Of a stretch of DNA of 64,000 nt, positions 33,583 through 45,333 are shown piece after piece (position 1 is the stretch's first letter; every line of letters starts with the position of its first letter). The notes under the pieces were generated by a model. That model saw nothing but the letters and a program-made list of their open reading frames with translations. It did not search any database and was not told where the DNA came from. The translations under genes and the position numbers were made by a program. The stretch is from Mobula hypostoma (lineage: Eukaryota). Location: contig NC_086097.1 of the NCBI RefSeq assembly GCF_963921235.1, positions 159,218,001-159,282,000 on the forward strand. The letters are read 5' to 3'.

Positions 33583-36531
33583 TGTGGCAAGCATTCGGTC
33601 CATAATGTCAGACAAGGAAGCTCGTTAACGCAACAATGGTTTTATTGTTATAAACAGACCAGATACCATAACCTGGCGAGTGAACCCTACCAGTTCCATA
33701 CAGATGGGGGGATGACCATCACACGACCCGGTTACAGTTGGGGTGACCCACAAATACACAGTGAATAACCGTATAACCCAAGCTAAAATGTAACAATAAA
33801 TGAACAGGAACTTCCCACCATAATCCCATAAAAGCATTATAACACAAAAACGATAACCTGTGCTCTTCATTAGAAATGCAGGGATGGGCTGTCAACCACA
33901 ACCCCAGAGTGTCATGCTGCCCCCACCTGAGGGGTCAGCCATCCTTGGCAACCCGAGTTCATAACGAAGTCCAAAAGTCCCGGTGGGCGTCGTCACTGCT
34001 GCCTGTTTGTGTGAGGCAAGAGGCAGGGCACCCAGCGTGTCACTTCCTGCCTTCATTCCTTCAGCCTCGCTGGGTTAGTGGTGGCCAAAGGCTGACATGG
34101 TGCCAGTCAGTCCTAATGCAGCAATACTGCCTTCTGCCACTCAGGCAATCGCACCCAGTGTACCACATCGGAGATGCAGTCAAGCACCTCTCCCAGTTCT
34201 GCTGCTGGGAGGGGCAGTGGACCCATACTGGGGCCCCCACCATGTACTGCTGCATTGGCAACCTAGACTGTCGGCCTGGCCCCTTCTGGGACGTGTAAGC
34301 ATCCTGCCTGTACCCAAGCCAGTAGATGCATTCACGCAGCCTGCCCAATGTCTTTGCAACTCCGAAATGGCCAGCCCCCACCAGCCTGTGCAACGACCGC
34401 AGCACCGTGGTGCAGAGCCCCGGGGGGACAGTCAGCTGCAAGGGATGTCTCTCACCACTGGACAACTGCCACCTGTCAGGCACCTCCAGTGTTCCCCACT
34501 GCGGGTATAGGGCTTTGGTCTCTGGATCTAGGGCGGAGACCTCTGCCCACTCCGGTCGTCATCCCACACTCAGCCATCCCCTCATTGGGCCAGCACAGGA
34601 CTGCATACCTGTTCGCTGTGCAGCTGCTGGTCCGTGGCAGGGAGGTCATCGCTGGCTGTCACCTGAAATGCCATCACTGTCCCTTGCCCGTGGTTCAGCT
34701 GTGTTGCATTGGGCTGCTGCGTAGTGTGCTGCACTGCCGCAGACCGCTATGAAACCGGTGGTGGTCGCTGCTCCAGCTGGGCCTGCTTCCTGCAGCTGCC
34801 CTGCTGGAGAGCCACTGCTTCGGCACCAAGGTAGAGTGTTGCCCCCGACACATCCACACGGGCCCCCCAGCGGGACAACAGGTCCAGCCCAACGATGCAT
34901 GTCTCTTTGAAATTGGCGAGCCACAATCTGGGCTCCACTTTTTATCCCTACTACGATGTGCAGCCTCCTCTTCCCTCGCATCGTGGCACAGTGACCGGAC
35001 ACCATAGCCAGTTGGACCGCCGTTGTTGTCCACCAGGCGGGGATGGCTTGTCTGTGTTGGGGAGAACACTGGGATGGATGATAGTGATAGCTGACCCCAT
35101 GTCCACCAACGCACGGCATCTGATGCCCCCCACCTTGCTGTCCACGTATAAGCCTTGCTCATCACCCAAACGGCCCACCCAGAGGGGCGACTACAAATGG
35201 ATTCTGCTAGAAGATTTGGGCTGCACTGCCCGCTTGGCATTTCCCGATGGTTGTGCTGAGCAGTCCCGGGCCAAGTGACCTGCCTCACTGCACTGGTAGC
35301 AGAGGTTGTTTCGTGGCCAAGGGCAGGGCTGGCATGGCATTGATTGGGCCTGTCTCACGGGCTCCTCCTCGTCCGTTTTCTCCTCTGCCTCACTGACACA
35401 AGCCCGGGCTCATGGCTTGCTGGGACACCTTGAGCGGCTAAAAGTGATTCTGCCCTCTCTGCCTCATCCAGCGATGATGGTGATGTCAGACGAAATGCTG
35501 CCGAAGGCACTTCAGCAAGAGTATCTTTACAAAGGTGTGGAGGGCAAGCTATTCCTGGGCCGTGGGAGGGAACTGGGAGTAGCTATGCAGAGTACAGTGG
35601 CAGGTATCTGCTACTAATGCCCCCAGGCTTTCTCCCATATGGCACCATCTGCTGCACAGTTCTTCCCCCATTGCTTCCACCAATGACCTCTGCTTGAAAC
35701 GCCACTATGAGGGCCCTGTAGTCATGCTGCTCTGCCAGTTTTAAGTTGAGGAGTGCCTGCCGGGCATCTCCCTCCAGTGCCAGGGCAAGGTGCACTACTG
35801 TTTCGGTGGGGCCCCACCTGTTGTGCCATGTGGCAAGTAGACTTGCGCCAGGCAAGGCTCCAGGTGGCTGGTACCATTGTATCTGGAGAGCTTCAGGGTA
35901 GATGTTGAGGTGCAAATTGTCGAGGACCTTTGGTCTTCCTGTTGCTCCAGCGATACCATGGTGGCCTTCCTCCCATGGCTATGGCGTCTTGGGTTCTCCA
36001 GTGCGGGTCGTGACAGAGGGTTGGGGAGCCCGAGGAGATCCACTGGTGCTCCCTGGGAAGGCACAATGCTCGGTTCCTACGTCCTCCCTCTGGGTCTTGT
36101 CTTCATGAACCCTACCCATGGGTGCGGGGAAGGCATACTGCTTCATTCTTCATCTTATTCCACAGGTCTTAATGCACTTTCTCCGACATCGTAGCTCTTC
36201 AATCGTCATCAACTTCACATCCCACTCCTGACACCAATGTGGCAAGCATTTGGTCCATAATGACAGACGAGGAAGCTCGTTAACTCAACAACCATTTTAT
36301 TGGGATAAACACAAAACAGACCGGACACCATGACTCAGTGAGTCAACCCAACCAGTCTCTCACAGATGGGGGAGGTGTCCATCACACACCCCGGCTATAG
36401 TTAAGGTGACCCACAAATACACAACTGAATAACTGTATAACCTAAGCTAAAATGTAACAATAAATGAACTGGAACTTCCCACTATAATCCCGCAAAAGAA
36501 TTTTTAACACAAGAACAAGAGCAGGAACACA
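33583..36531 (-). mobile_element. Degraded non-autonomous Ty3/Gypsy LTR element (RT and RNase H deleted)
   Basis: LTRs about 33583-33916 and 36238-36531 (second one truncated). PBS tggtgtcaggagtgggat at 36219-36236. G-rich polypurine tract near 33917-33928. gag (KLSRYNG, HLALALEGDARQALL), CCHC (CYQCSEAGHLARDC, about 35260-35302), protease (CRALVDMGSAITII), integrase Zn finger (LH..GAGHFGVAKTLGRLRECIYW). Confidence 0.85.
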
Positions 36532-36604
36532 CTGATAATGGCAGTAGTGGTGTAGATTCAACTGCAGCCCTCTTTGGAGGTTACATAAATAACTCAAAGG
36601 AATG

Positions 36605-36895
36605 AGCGCTGCCATGGTAGTATAGCAGTTGGCATGTCACATTTACAGCTTTGGGTGTCAGAATGCAGAGTTCAATCCCGGCACCCTCCCTGTGGAATAC
36701 GTGGGTTTTCCCCAAGTGCTCTCTTTCCCACGCAGTCCAAAGGCACAACACGTAGGTTAATTGGTTATTGTAATGTCTCCTGTGATTGGGTTAGGGTTCG
36801 ACCGGGTTTGTCTGGGGGTTCTGGGCGGCTTGGCTCGAAGGCCCATAAGAGCCTATTCTGCACTTCATCTCTAAGTTAAAACAATAAATGTAAAG
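36605..36895 (+). mobile_element. tRNA-derived V-SINE-like element
   Basis: A-box/B-box-like head (tggtagtatagcagttgg, gagttcaatccc), V-domain-like cgtgggttttcccc...cccacgcagtccaaag, gtaggttaattgg, A-rich tail. Confidence 0.7.
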
Positions 36896-39800
36896 TATGG
36901 GGAGAGAGTGTGTTGACTGGAGCTACCTGTTCTTTTGTAGAGCTGGTACAGCTGTAATCATTCAGGGCTACTGGGCTCTTTACATGGGTAGCAACATGGT
37001 AAGTGTGTTAGGGAGAGATTTATTTGGTTTGTCATGCAGCCAATAGAGTAATTGTTTCTTCATTCAGTGTCATGTTAAAGGAAAAGGTGCAGAGGTGAGT
37101 CAACTGTATTCCAAATCGCCGGGGGAGTAGGCCATTTAGTTTTTCTAGCTTGTTGATCTCTCTCCCATTTATATAATGGCTGGTCTGTCTCTTAGTTCTT
37201 TTTTTTTGTCCTCTCCTCAGTTCCATAACCCTTAATATTCTGGATCATTGAAAATCTCTGTGTTGAAATTTTCAGTTGCCCCAGCCCCTCTAGTTTTAGA
37301 TGAGAATGAGAGAACTGAATGTGAAGGAACTGATTCTTAATGAATATTTTCTTACTCACCTCCTTTTTACCTCCCCCTGCCACCAAGATAGTCATGTCGC
37401 TTATTTTTCTCAACTCCAATTGCTGCCGTTGAGTTTAGCACTGAATCTTGTTACCACCACCTTGCCATTCTTATTCATGAACTGAAGAACATAAATTTCT
37501 TTTGAATGCAATATTTTCCCTACCAGACTACACTAACAATCTTGGGAAAATTTGACTGAATAAATTTTTTTACATAGTATTTTGGAGATATCAGCACCTC
37601 TGATCAATTTCTTATGCATCCAAAATAAGCACACCAATATCATTGAGGAAAGTTGTCAGAGAGATCTGTTTCTTACTTGCTGTGTTTCATCAACAAATGG
37701 TCTTGGTTGATGTATTGACCTCCTGGTTTTCAATCACTTGGTCACCAAAAAAAAACTCTGGAAAGGCATATCCAGCAAGAGTCTGATCCAGAGTGCAAGC
37801 AAATGCCAATTGTTCCATTTGGTTCATGGGTTTATTTAAATCATTTCAAAAGGAAAGCTTTCCATTCATACGCTCTCTTCTCAGAATGCACTAAATAGCA
37901 AATGAGAGTTTTGGGAATGTAGTCACTGTTGAAATGCAGACGTCAGTTTTCATACAGCAAAGAATGGAGACATCGATGTGTCCGATTCTTCAGCTGTTTA
38001 GTTCTGTTAGTTGAGGATAAATATTCTTCTTTCCATCATATCAAAGGAAAAATATTTATTATTCCTTCAAATGGGTTCTTTCATGACCATCAGAGGATGT
38101 TGATAGGAACTCTGTTCAATATCTTATCTGAAAGAAGATTATTTCGAACAATGCAGGAATCTGAGGAATGGAAGAGTTTCACTAATCCTGAAAGCACAAT
38201 GTGAAGTCACAATCTTCTCATTTGGGGAAGACAGAAATACCAATGAGATACACTTGATATTCCAACAAATTTATGCCACAAACCCATCAAAATAAGATTG
38301 TCGAATCCCGCAGGTGGAACCCTAGATCTTAAAAAGGTATTTATGCCATATACATGTGTACTACTCACATTTTCGTCTGCTGTGTTTTAATGCACTGCTC
38401 TATTGTACAAAATGGAGGAGACTGAAGGCAAGTGGCTTCTTTATGGAGAAAATGGATCAAAGACAGAATAGAACTGACTTGTTATTTTTTCATTCTCCAT
38501 TACAAAGTAAGATAAGATAGATCACACTTAAATTGTTAATCGCCTATGGCTTGCCTAGTTTCTAATTTAAATTTATATTAAGCAAGAAACCAAATAAATT
38601 CAGGGCTATTTTTTCTAATGCCCAATATTTTGTCAATTCCCATTTTGTGTCCACAGATTCTGTTGCTAAACTCCCATTCATTATATTTTTTAATTGGCTG
38701 TTTAGAGCTGAGCAGGAGTGAAATGGTTGACTTCCCCCTTGTTAAATTTCTGTGGCTGCTTTTGACTCCAATTACCTTCTCCCTGCAACAGTATGATGAC
38801 AGTACAGAGTGGGCAAGACCCTGTGCCTCACGCATTGTCACTTACAGTTTTAACTAATTATGAGGCAATGCTTGATGCCTCTCATGTTGTAACAGTGACT
38901 CTGACAAGCTGTCAGGCAAGAGGAAAGGGATTCTTCACCAAAACAACCAGTAAATGAGATGCATTGTTGTGAGTGGGCAGCTCATGGACAGTTGTTTAAC
39001 GTGGCACTAATTAAGCCTTCAGAACTGGAACCTTAACGGTGCATAACACATGACAACAGAGAAAGAGAAGCATATTGAAATGCATTTCAATGCTAAAGAT
39101 GTTCCTTTATTTTATCTGGTCAATATTATAGCCAAAACCCAGTATTAACTATTTTGTTCTATTATTATTATGGTTTTCAAGGCTTTGGAAAACCATGAAT
39201 TTGATATTAAATTTTAACACAATTCAGGAAGTTTTCCTTGACTTGTCTCTACTGACTGGCTATGATCCATTTTCTCCATAAAGAAGCCATTTGTGTTCGA
39301 TCCTCTTCCATTCTTATGTGAGTATAACCAAGAGAAGGAACTTGCCTCTTTGGGAATTGTGGATGGTGACATAGCCCTACCACTCACTGTGTGATTTCTT
39401 GTTATTACCTGGATGTTCAACAGGATCCTCCTGGATTGCCTGCAAACAAAATTCACCCCCCCCCCCAACCAGTGCATCTGATACACATTACAATAATAAA
39501 CCAGTGTTCCAAGACAAGTTATTCTATAAGATAATAGAGTTCATTGGCTTTTAAGTAAATTAAATCAGGTAATTATTACTATCCACAGTTTCCCATATAC
39601 AATGATAATCATTACAATAAATAAATCACATTCATGGCCAGACCTTTTGGACTGAGGAAGACGTTCTTCCAGTCTGGTTTTGTGGGATCTACGATGACTG
39701 ACAATTACAATGTGGAGTCTGTAGACTCATCCAGAGATGGCTAATGGAGCTGGTGTTTGGGTAGATTTGACATGGTGTATTCCTTCCACTGTGTACATGA

Positions 39801-39929
39801 GGCTTCTGCATATTCCCTAAGTATGTTCTCCCTTGTGTACCTGATGGTGAGGTATGGCAACTAATCACAGGTTCCTAGCTGGAAAGGAAATGCTGGAGTC
39901 ATTAAATCTGTCAGATAAGAGAAACAGAG

Positions 39930-40425
39930 TTGGCATCGGTCAGACCACTCTTGGAGTATATGAGCAGCTTCGCGCCCTTATCTAAGAAAGAATGTGCTGG
40001 CATTGAAGTGGGTCCAGAGGAAGTTCACAAGAATGATCATGGAAATGAAGAGTGGGCATCTGAGGAGGATTTGATGACTCTGGGTCTGTACTTGCTGGAA
40101 TTTGGAAGAATGAGGTAGGACCTCATTTAAACCTCTGGAATATTGAAAGTCCTAGATAGAATGATTGTGGCGAGGATATTTTCTCCAGTGCAGGAGTTTA
40201 GGACCAGAGGGCACCGCCTCAGAAGACAAGGACCTATTTAGAGCAGGGATGAGTAGAAATTGGTAAATTGTTGGGATTCATTGCCACAGATGGTGGTGGG
40301 TGCCAAGTTATTCAGTATATTTAAAACAGTTGATGAGATTGGAGAAATAATAAATCAGCCTTGATGGAATGGGGGAGCAGACTCGATAGGCCGAATGGTC
40401 TAATTTTTCTGATGTTTTATGGTTT
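39930..40425 (+). mobile_element. Degraded CR1 3' fragment
   Basis: VRPLLEY, LGLYLLEFGRMR motifs and a CR1 3' UTR (actcgataggccgaatgg). Confidence 0.8.
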
Positions 40426-40439
40426 AACATTTGTAAGTC

Positions 40440-40790
40440 AACAAGACACTTTTGACTTGTCAGCTCTATTTTTCTTTGCACAGATGCTGCCTGATCTACA
40501 AAATGTTTCCAACATTTTTTTTATTACTTCAGATTTCTAGCATCTATACTCTTGAATAAACTGTTCATTTATGTAGTTGGACACAAAAGAGACTACAAAT
40601 GCTGGAATCTGGAGCAAAATGCAAACTGCAGGAGGATCTTTGCAGGTCAAGCAGCTTCTGGGGAAAATGATGTAGCATCTCAACCTGACATGTTGAGTGG
40701 TGTGCCTCTGTCTAAGCAGATGCTGTTTGACCTGCTGAGTTCCCTAGCAATTTATTTTTTGATTTTGAATTATGAGGTGTTTGCGTTTAT
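40440..40790. repeat. Degraded Penelope-terminus-related short repeats
   Basis: cagatgctgcctga, aaatgctggaatctggagcaa and cagatgctgtttgacctgctgagttcc motifs similar to 32585-32818 and 47088-47281. Confidence 0.55.
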
Positions 40791-40884
40791 GCTAACAGTT
40801 CTAAAAACTATGCCAATACATAGCCCAAACCATTTATTTTCTCCAGCACAACATTTGTTTTGCTTCAATCACAGCTCTGATGAA

Positions 40885-41627
40885 TGGTAAATTTGCTTCT
40901 TATTGTCATGTGTACTGAAGTGTAATTGAAAACTTGCCTCACATGCCATTCATATTTAAAAAAAACATCATTACAGTAGTACATTGACTTGCAACAGAAT
41001 GTGGAATATAGTGTTATAATTACAGAGAAAGTGCAGTGCAGTTAGACGATAAGATACAAGACCATAACAAGGTAGATTGAAGTCAAGAGTCCATCTTGTG
41101 GTACCAGGAGACCATTCAATAGTGTTCTTAGGGTGGAACAGAAGCTGTCTTTGAACCTAATGATTCTGTTTTCAGGCTTTTGTATCTTCTGTCCTATTGG
41201 ATTGGGAAGAAGAGAGAATACCTGTGGTGGGTAGGGTCTTTGATTATGCTAGCTGCTTTACCAAGGCAGCAAGAATGTAGAGACCATGAAGGGAAGGCTG
41301 CTTTCTGTAATATGATGTGCTGAGCTGTTTTCATAACCCTCTCGTTTCTTTATGGTCATGGGTAGAATAGTTGATTTACCAAGCCGTTATGCATCCAGAT
41401 AGGATGCTTTCTATGGCGTACTGATAACATTTGGTGAAGGTCAAAGGGGACATGGCACATTTCTTTATCATCCTGAAGAAGTGGAGCTTTCTTGGCCATG
41501 GCATCTACATTATTCAACCATGAGAGGATATTGGTGATGTACACTCCACGAAACTTAAGGCACTCAATCCTCTCAATCTCAGCACCATTGATGTAAACAG
41601 GAATTGGAATCGGGTTAATATCACTGG

Positions 41628-41668
<41 letters not shown>

Positions 41669-42788
41669 GTGCAATCGTGAACAATAGCCAGATCAGAAAT
41701 GCTGATCAAGTTCCCAAGGAGAACTCTGATAGGCCAATCAGATGGTTCACTGCTACTCAGCGATAGAACACAAAAAAAAAATCATATGTACAATTAAGAA
41801 ACATTAAAAAGTAGTAGAAATACCGGAGTCATGATGATTATGATGAAGTCTGCTGGAGAGAGACACTTATACACATGCTGTCCTCCATAATTCAAAGAGA
41901 TTGAAGGATGAGGTTACAGGGTAACAAAATGTAGCAGGAGCACTTGGAACTAAAAACTGATCCCTACGGGGAGAAAACAGCACCTGTTCTTTCTGCACTG
42001 TTCTCCAGCGGTTTAAGGACTAAGTCATGAAATTTGTTATTTTTGCAGCAGTAATACGTAATAATAAAAACCTACAAATTTTAAACAATCAGGTAATGTT
42101 CATGGGTTGATTGTCCATTCAGAAATCTTGGAGAGAAAGAAGCTGTTCCTGAAACACTATGTCTACAGGCTCATGTGCCTCCACCTTGAAAAGGGGCCAT
42201 GTCCTGGCTGATGAGGATCCTTAATGATGGATTCCACCTTCTTGAGGCATTGCCTTTTGAAGGTGCCCTCAGATCTGGAAAGCCAGTGCCCATGGCAGAG
42301 GTAGCCCAGTTTACGACTTTCTGCAGCTTTTCATGATCCTGTGCAGTGGCCTTTCCGTACCAACTGGTGATGTAATGTTGGAATGCTCTTGACAGCACAC
42401 CTGTAGAAATTCTCAAGAGGCTTGGTGACATACCAAGTCTCAAAACTCGTAATGAAATATAGCAGTTGCCGTGCCTTCTTTGTAATTGCATCAATATATC
42501 GGACCCAGCATAGATCTTCAGAGATGTTGACACTCAGGAACTTGAAACTGCTCATCCTCTCCACTGCCAATCCATCATTGAAGTCTGCGATATATTCCCT
42601 ATACTTCCTCTTTCTGAAGTCCAGAATCAGTTCTTCTTACTGACATTGGGTGCAAGGTAGTTGTTGCAACACCACTCAACTAGCTGCTCTGTCTTGCTCC
42701 TGTATGCCTCCTTGTCACCATCTGAAATTCTGTCAATAATTGTTGCATCATTGGCAAATAGCTAGATGGTATTTGAGCTGTACCTGGC
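40885..42788 (-). mobile_element. Two tandem Rex1/Babar-type LINE 3' fragments (about 40885-41600 and 41600-42788)
   Basis: ORF 42331-42570 (VERMSSFKFLSVNISEDLCW..IDAITKKARQLLYF) and ORF 41356-41544. Sequence matches 4843-5700. Confidence 0.8.
41628..41667. repeat. (ATT)n microsatellite
   Basis: About 13 perfect units. Confidence 0.95.
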
Positions 42789-43246
42789 TGTTGTATTTAA
42801 TAGTAATATTGTAAATGTACAGTACTTTGCAAAAGGCCATATAGCCAGGATGCTTATAGAGCTAGACTTTTGCACAGTACTGTGTAATTTTTTGTATTGT
42901 ACTCTACTGTTGCTGCTGCAAAAAAAATCAAATTTCATGACATGAGAGTGATGATATACTTGATTCTGATATGGGTCTCTATTGTGGACAGAGAGTGGGA
43001 AGGGGGCAGGGAGAGGAGAATCATGGTTTGGGAAAGAGCAGGAAGCACCAGAGAGAGAGACATTCTGTAATGATCAACAACCGAATTGTTTGGAATCAAA
43101 TGAACTTGCCTGGTGTCTTAGGGCAGGGTGTGTCTGCACCCACTCTATCACTTGTCCCAGGCACTTCTTCTCTGCCACCTTTTCAAAACTCCTCCTATGG
43201 AGCTCCAACCTCACCATTCCCTACATCCTTAGTTCCTGCCAGAATA

Positions 43247-45333
43247 TCCATCACCGACTTTATCCGCTCAGGGGATCTCCCATCCACTGCTACCAACCTT
43301 ATAGTTCCCACACCCCGCACTTCCCATTTCTACCTCCTACCCAAGATCCACAAACCTGCCTGTCCTGGCCGACCTATTGTCTCAGCTTGCTCCTGCCCCA
43401 CCGAACTCATTTCTGCATACCTCGACACTGTTTTATCACCCCTTGTTCAATCCCTTCCGACCTTTGTTCGTGACACTTCTCACGCTCTTAAACTTTTCGA
43501 TGATTTTAAGTCCCCTGGCCCCCACCGCTTTATTTTCACCATGGATGTCCAGTCCTTATATACTTCCATCCCCCATCAGGAAGGTCTCAAAGCTCTACGC
43601 TTCTTTTTGGATTCCAGACCTAATCAGTTCCCCTCTACCACCACTCTGCTCCGTCTAGCGGAATTAGTCCTTACTCTTAATAATTTCTCCTTTGGCTCCT
43701 CCCGCTTCCTCCAAACTAAAGGTGTAGCTATGGGCACCTGTATGGGTCCTAGCTATGCCTGCCTTTTTGTTGGGTTTGTGGAACAATCTATGTTCCGTGC
43801 CTATTCTGGTATCTGTCCCCCACTTTTCCTTCGCTACATCAACAACTGCATTGGCGCTGCTTCCTGCACGCAAGCAGAACTCGTTGACTTTATTAACTTT
43901 GCCTCCAACTTTCACCCTGCCCTCAAGTTTACCTGGTCCATTTCCAACACCTCCCTCCCCTTTCGAGATCTTTCTGTCTCTGTCTCTGGAGACAGCTTAT
44001 CCACTGATGTCTACTATAAGCCTACTGACTCTCACAGCTTTCTGGACTATTCCTCTTCTCACCCTGTCTCTTGCAAAAATGCCATCCCCTTCTCTCAATT
44101 CCTCCGTCTCTGCCGCATCTGCTCTCAGGATGAGGCTTTTCATTCTAGGACGAGGGAGATGTCTTCCTTTTTTAAAGAAAGGGGCTTCCCTTCCTCCACT
44201 ATCAACTCTGCTCTTAAACGCATCTCCCCCATTTCACGTACATCTGCTCTCACTCCATCCTCCCGCCACCCCACTAGGAATAGGGTTCCCCTGGTCCTCA
44301 CCTACCACCCCACCAGCCTCCGGGTCCAACATATTATTCTCCGTAACTTCCGCCACCTCCAACGGGATCCCACCACTAAGCACATCTTTCCCTCCCCCCA
44401 TCTCTCTGCATTCCGCAGGGATCGCTCCCTACACAACTCCCTTGTCCATTCGTCCCCCCCATCCCTCCCCACTGATCTCCCTCCTGGCATTTATCCATGT
44501 AAGTGGAACAAGTGCTACACATGCCCTTACACTTCCTCCCTTACCACCATTCAGGGCCCCAAACAGTCCTTCCAGGTGAGGCATCACTTCACCTGTGAGT
44601 CGACTGGGGTGATATACTGCGTCCAGTGCTCCCGATGTGGCCTTTTATATATTGGCGAGACCCGACGCAGACTGGGAGACCACTTTGCTGAACATCTACG
44701 CTCTGTCCGCCAGAGAAAGCAGGATCTCCCAGTGGCCACACATTTTAATTCCACATCCCATTCCCATTCTGACATGTCTATCCACGGCCTCCTCTACTGT
44801 AAAGATGAAGCCACACTCAGGTTGGAGGAACAACACCTTATATTCCGTCTGGGTAGCCTCCAACCTGATGGCATGAACATCGACTTCTCTAACTTCCGCT
44901 AAGGCCCCACCTCCCCCTCGTACCCCATCTGTTACTCATTTTTATGCACACATTCTTTCTCTCACTCTCCTTTTTCTCCCTCTGTCCCTCTGAATATACC
45001 TCTTGCCCATCCTCTGGGTCCCCCCCCATTGTCTTTCTTCCCGGACCTCCTGCCCCATGATCCTCTAGTATCCCCTTTTGCCTATCACCTGTCCAGCTCT
45101 TGGCTCTATCCCTCCCCCTCCTGTCTTCTCCTATCATTTTGGATCTCCCCCTCCCCCTCCAAGTTTCAAATCCCTTACTCACTCTTCCTTCAGTTAGTCC
45201 TGACGAAGGGTCTCGGCCTGAAACGTCGACTGCACCTCTTCCTACAGATGCTGCTTGGCCTGCTGCGTTCACCAGCAACTTTGATGTATGTTGCTTGAAT
45301 TTCCAGCATCTGCAGAATTCCTGTTGTTTGCGT
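43247..45333 (+). mobile_element. 5'-truncated Penelope-like element with an uninterrupted RT-GIY-YIG frame but mutated RT active site
   Basis: ORF 42971-44902: from ITDFIRSGDLP onward it is PLE RT, Cys linker and GIY-YIG. LRYINN replaces the LRYIDD of the 1-2935 copy. Pyrimidine-rich 3' UTR with a hammerhead motif. Confidence 0.95.
45195..45232 (+). ncRNA. Minimal type I hammerhead ribozyme motif
   Basis: Helix I tagtc/gactg. Core CUGACGA (45200-45206). Helix II agg/cct with a 7-nt loop. GAAA (45220-45223). Loopless helix III followed by the GUC triplet, with predicted cleavage after 45227. Confidence 0.85.

Noticed and set aside
33876..36194. Cluster of overlapping GC-rich plus-strand ORFs
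   Set aside because: Antisense frames of the degraded minus-strand Gypsy element.
43755..44579. 274-aa Pro/Ser-rich ORF (and similar ORFs at 2230-2841 and 42982-43473)
   Set aside because: Alternative frames of the C-rich Penelope sequence, which is naturally poor in stop codons.
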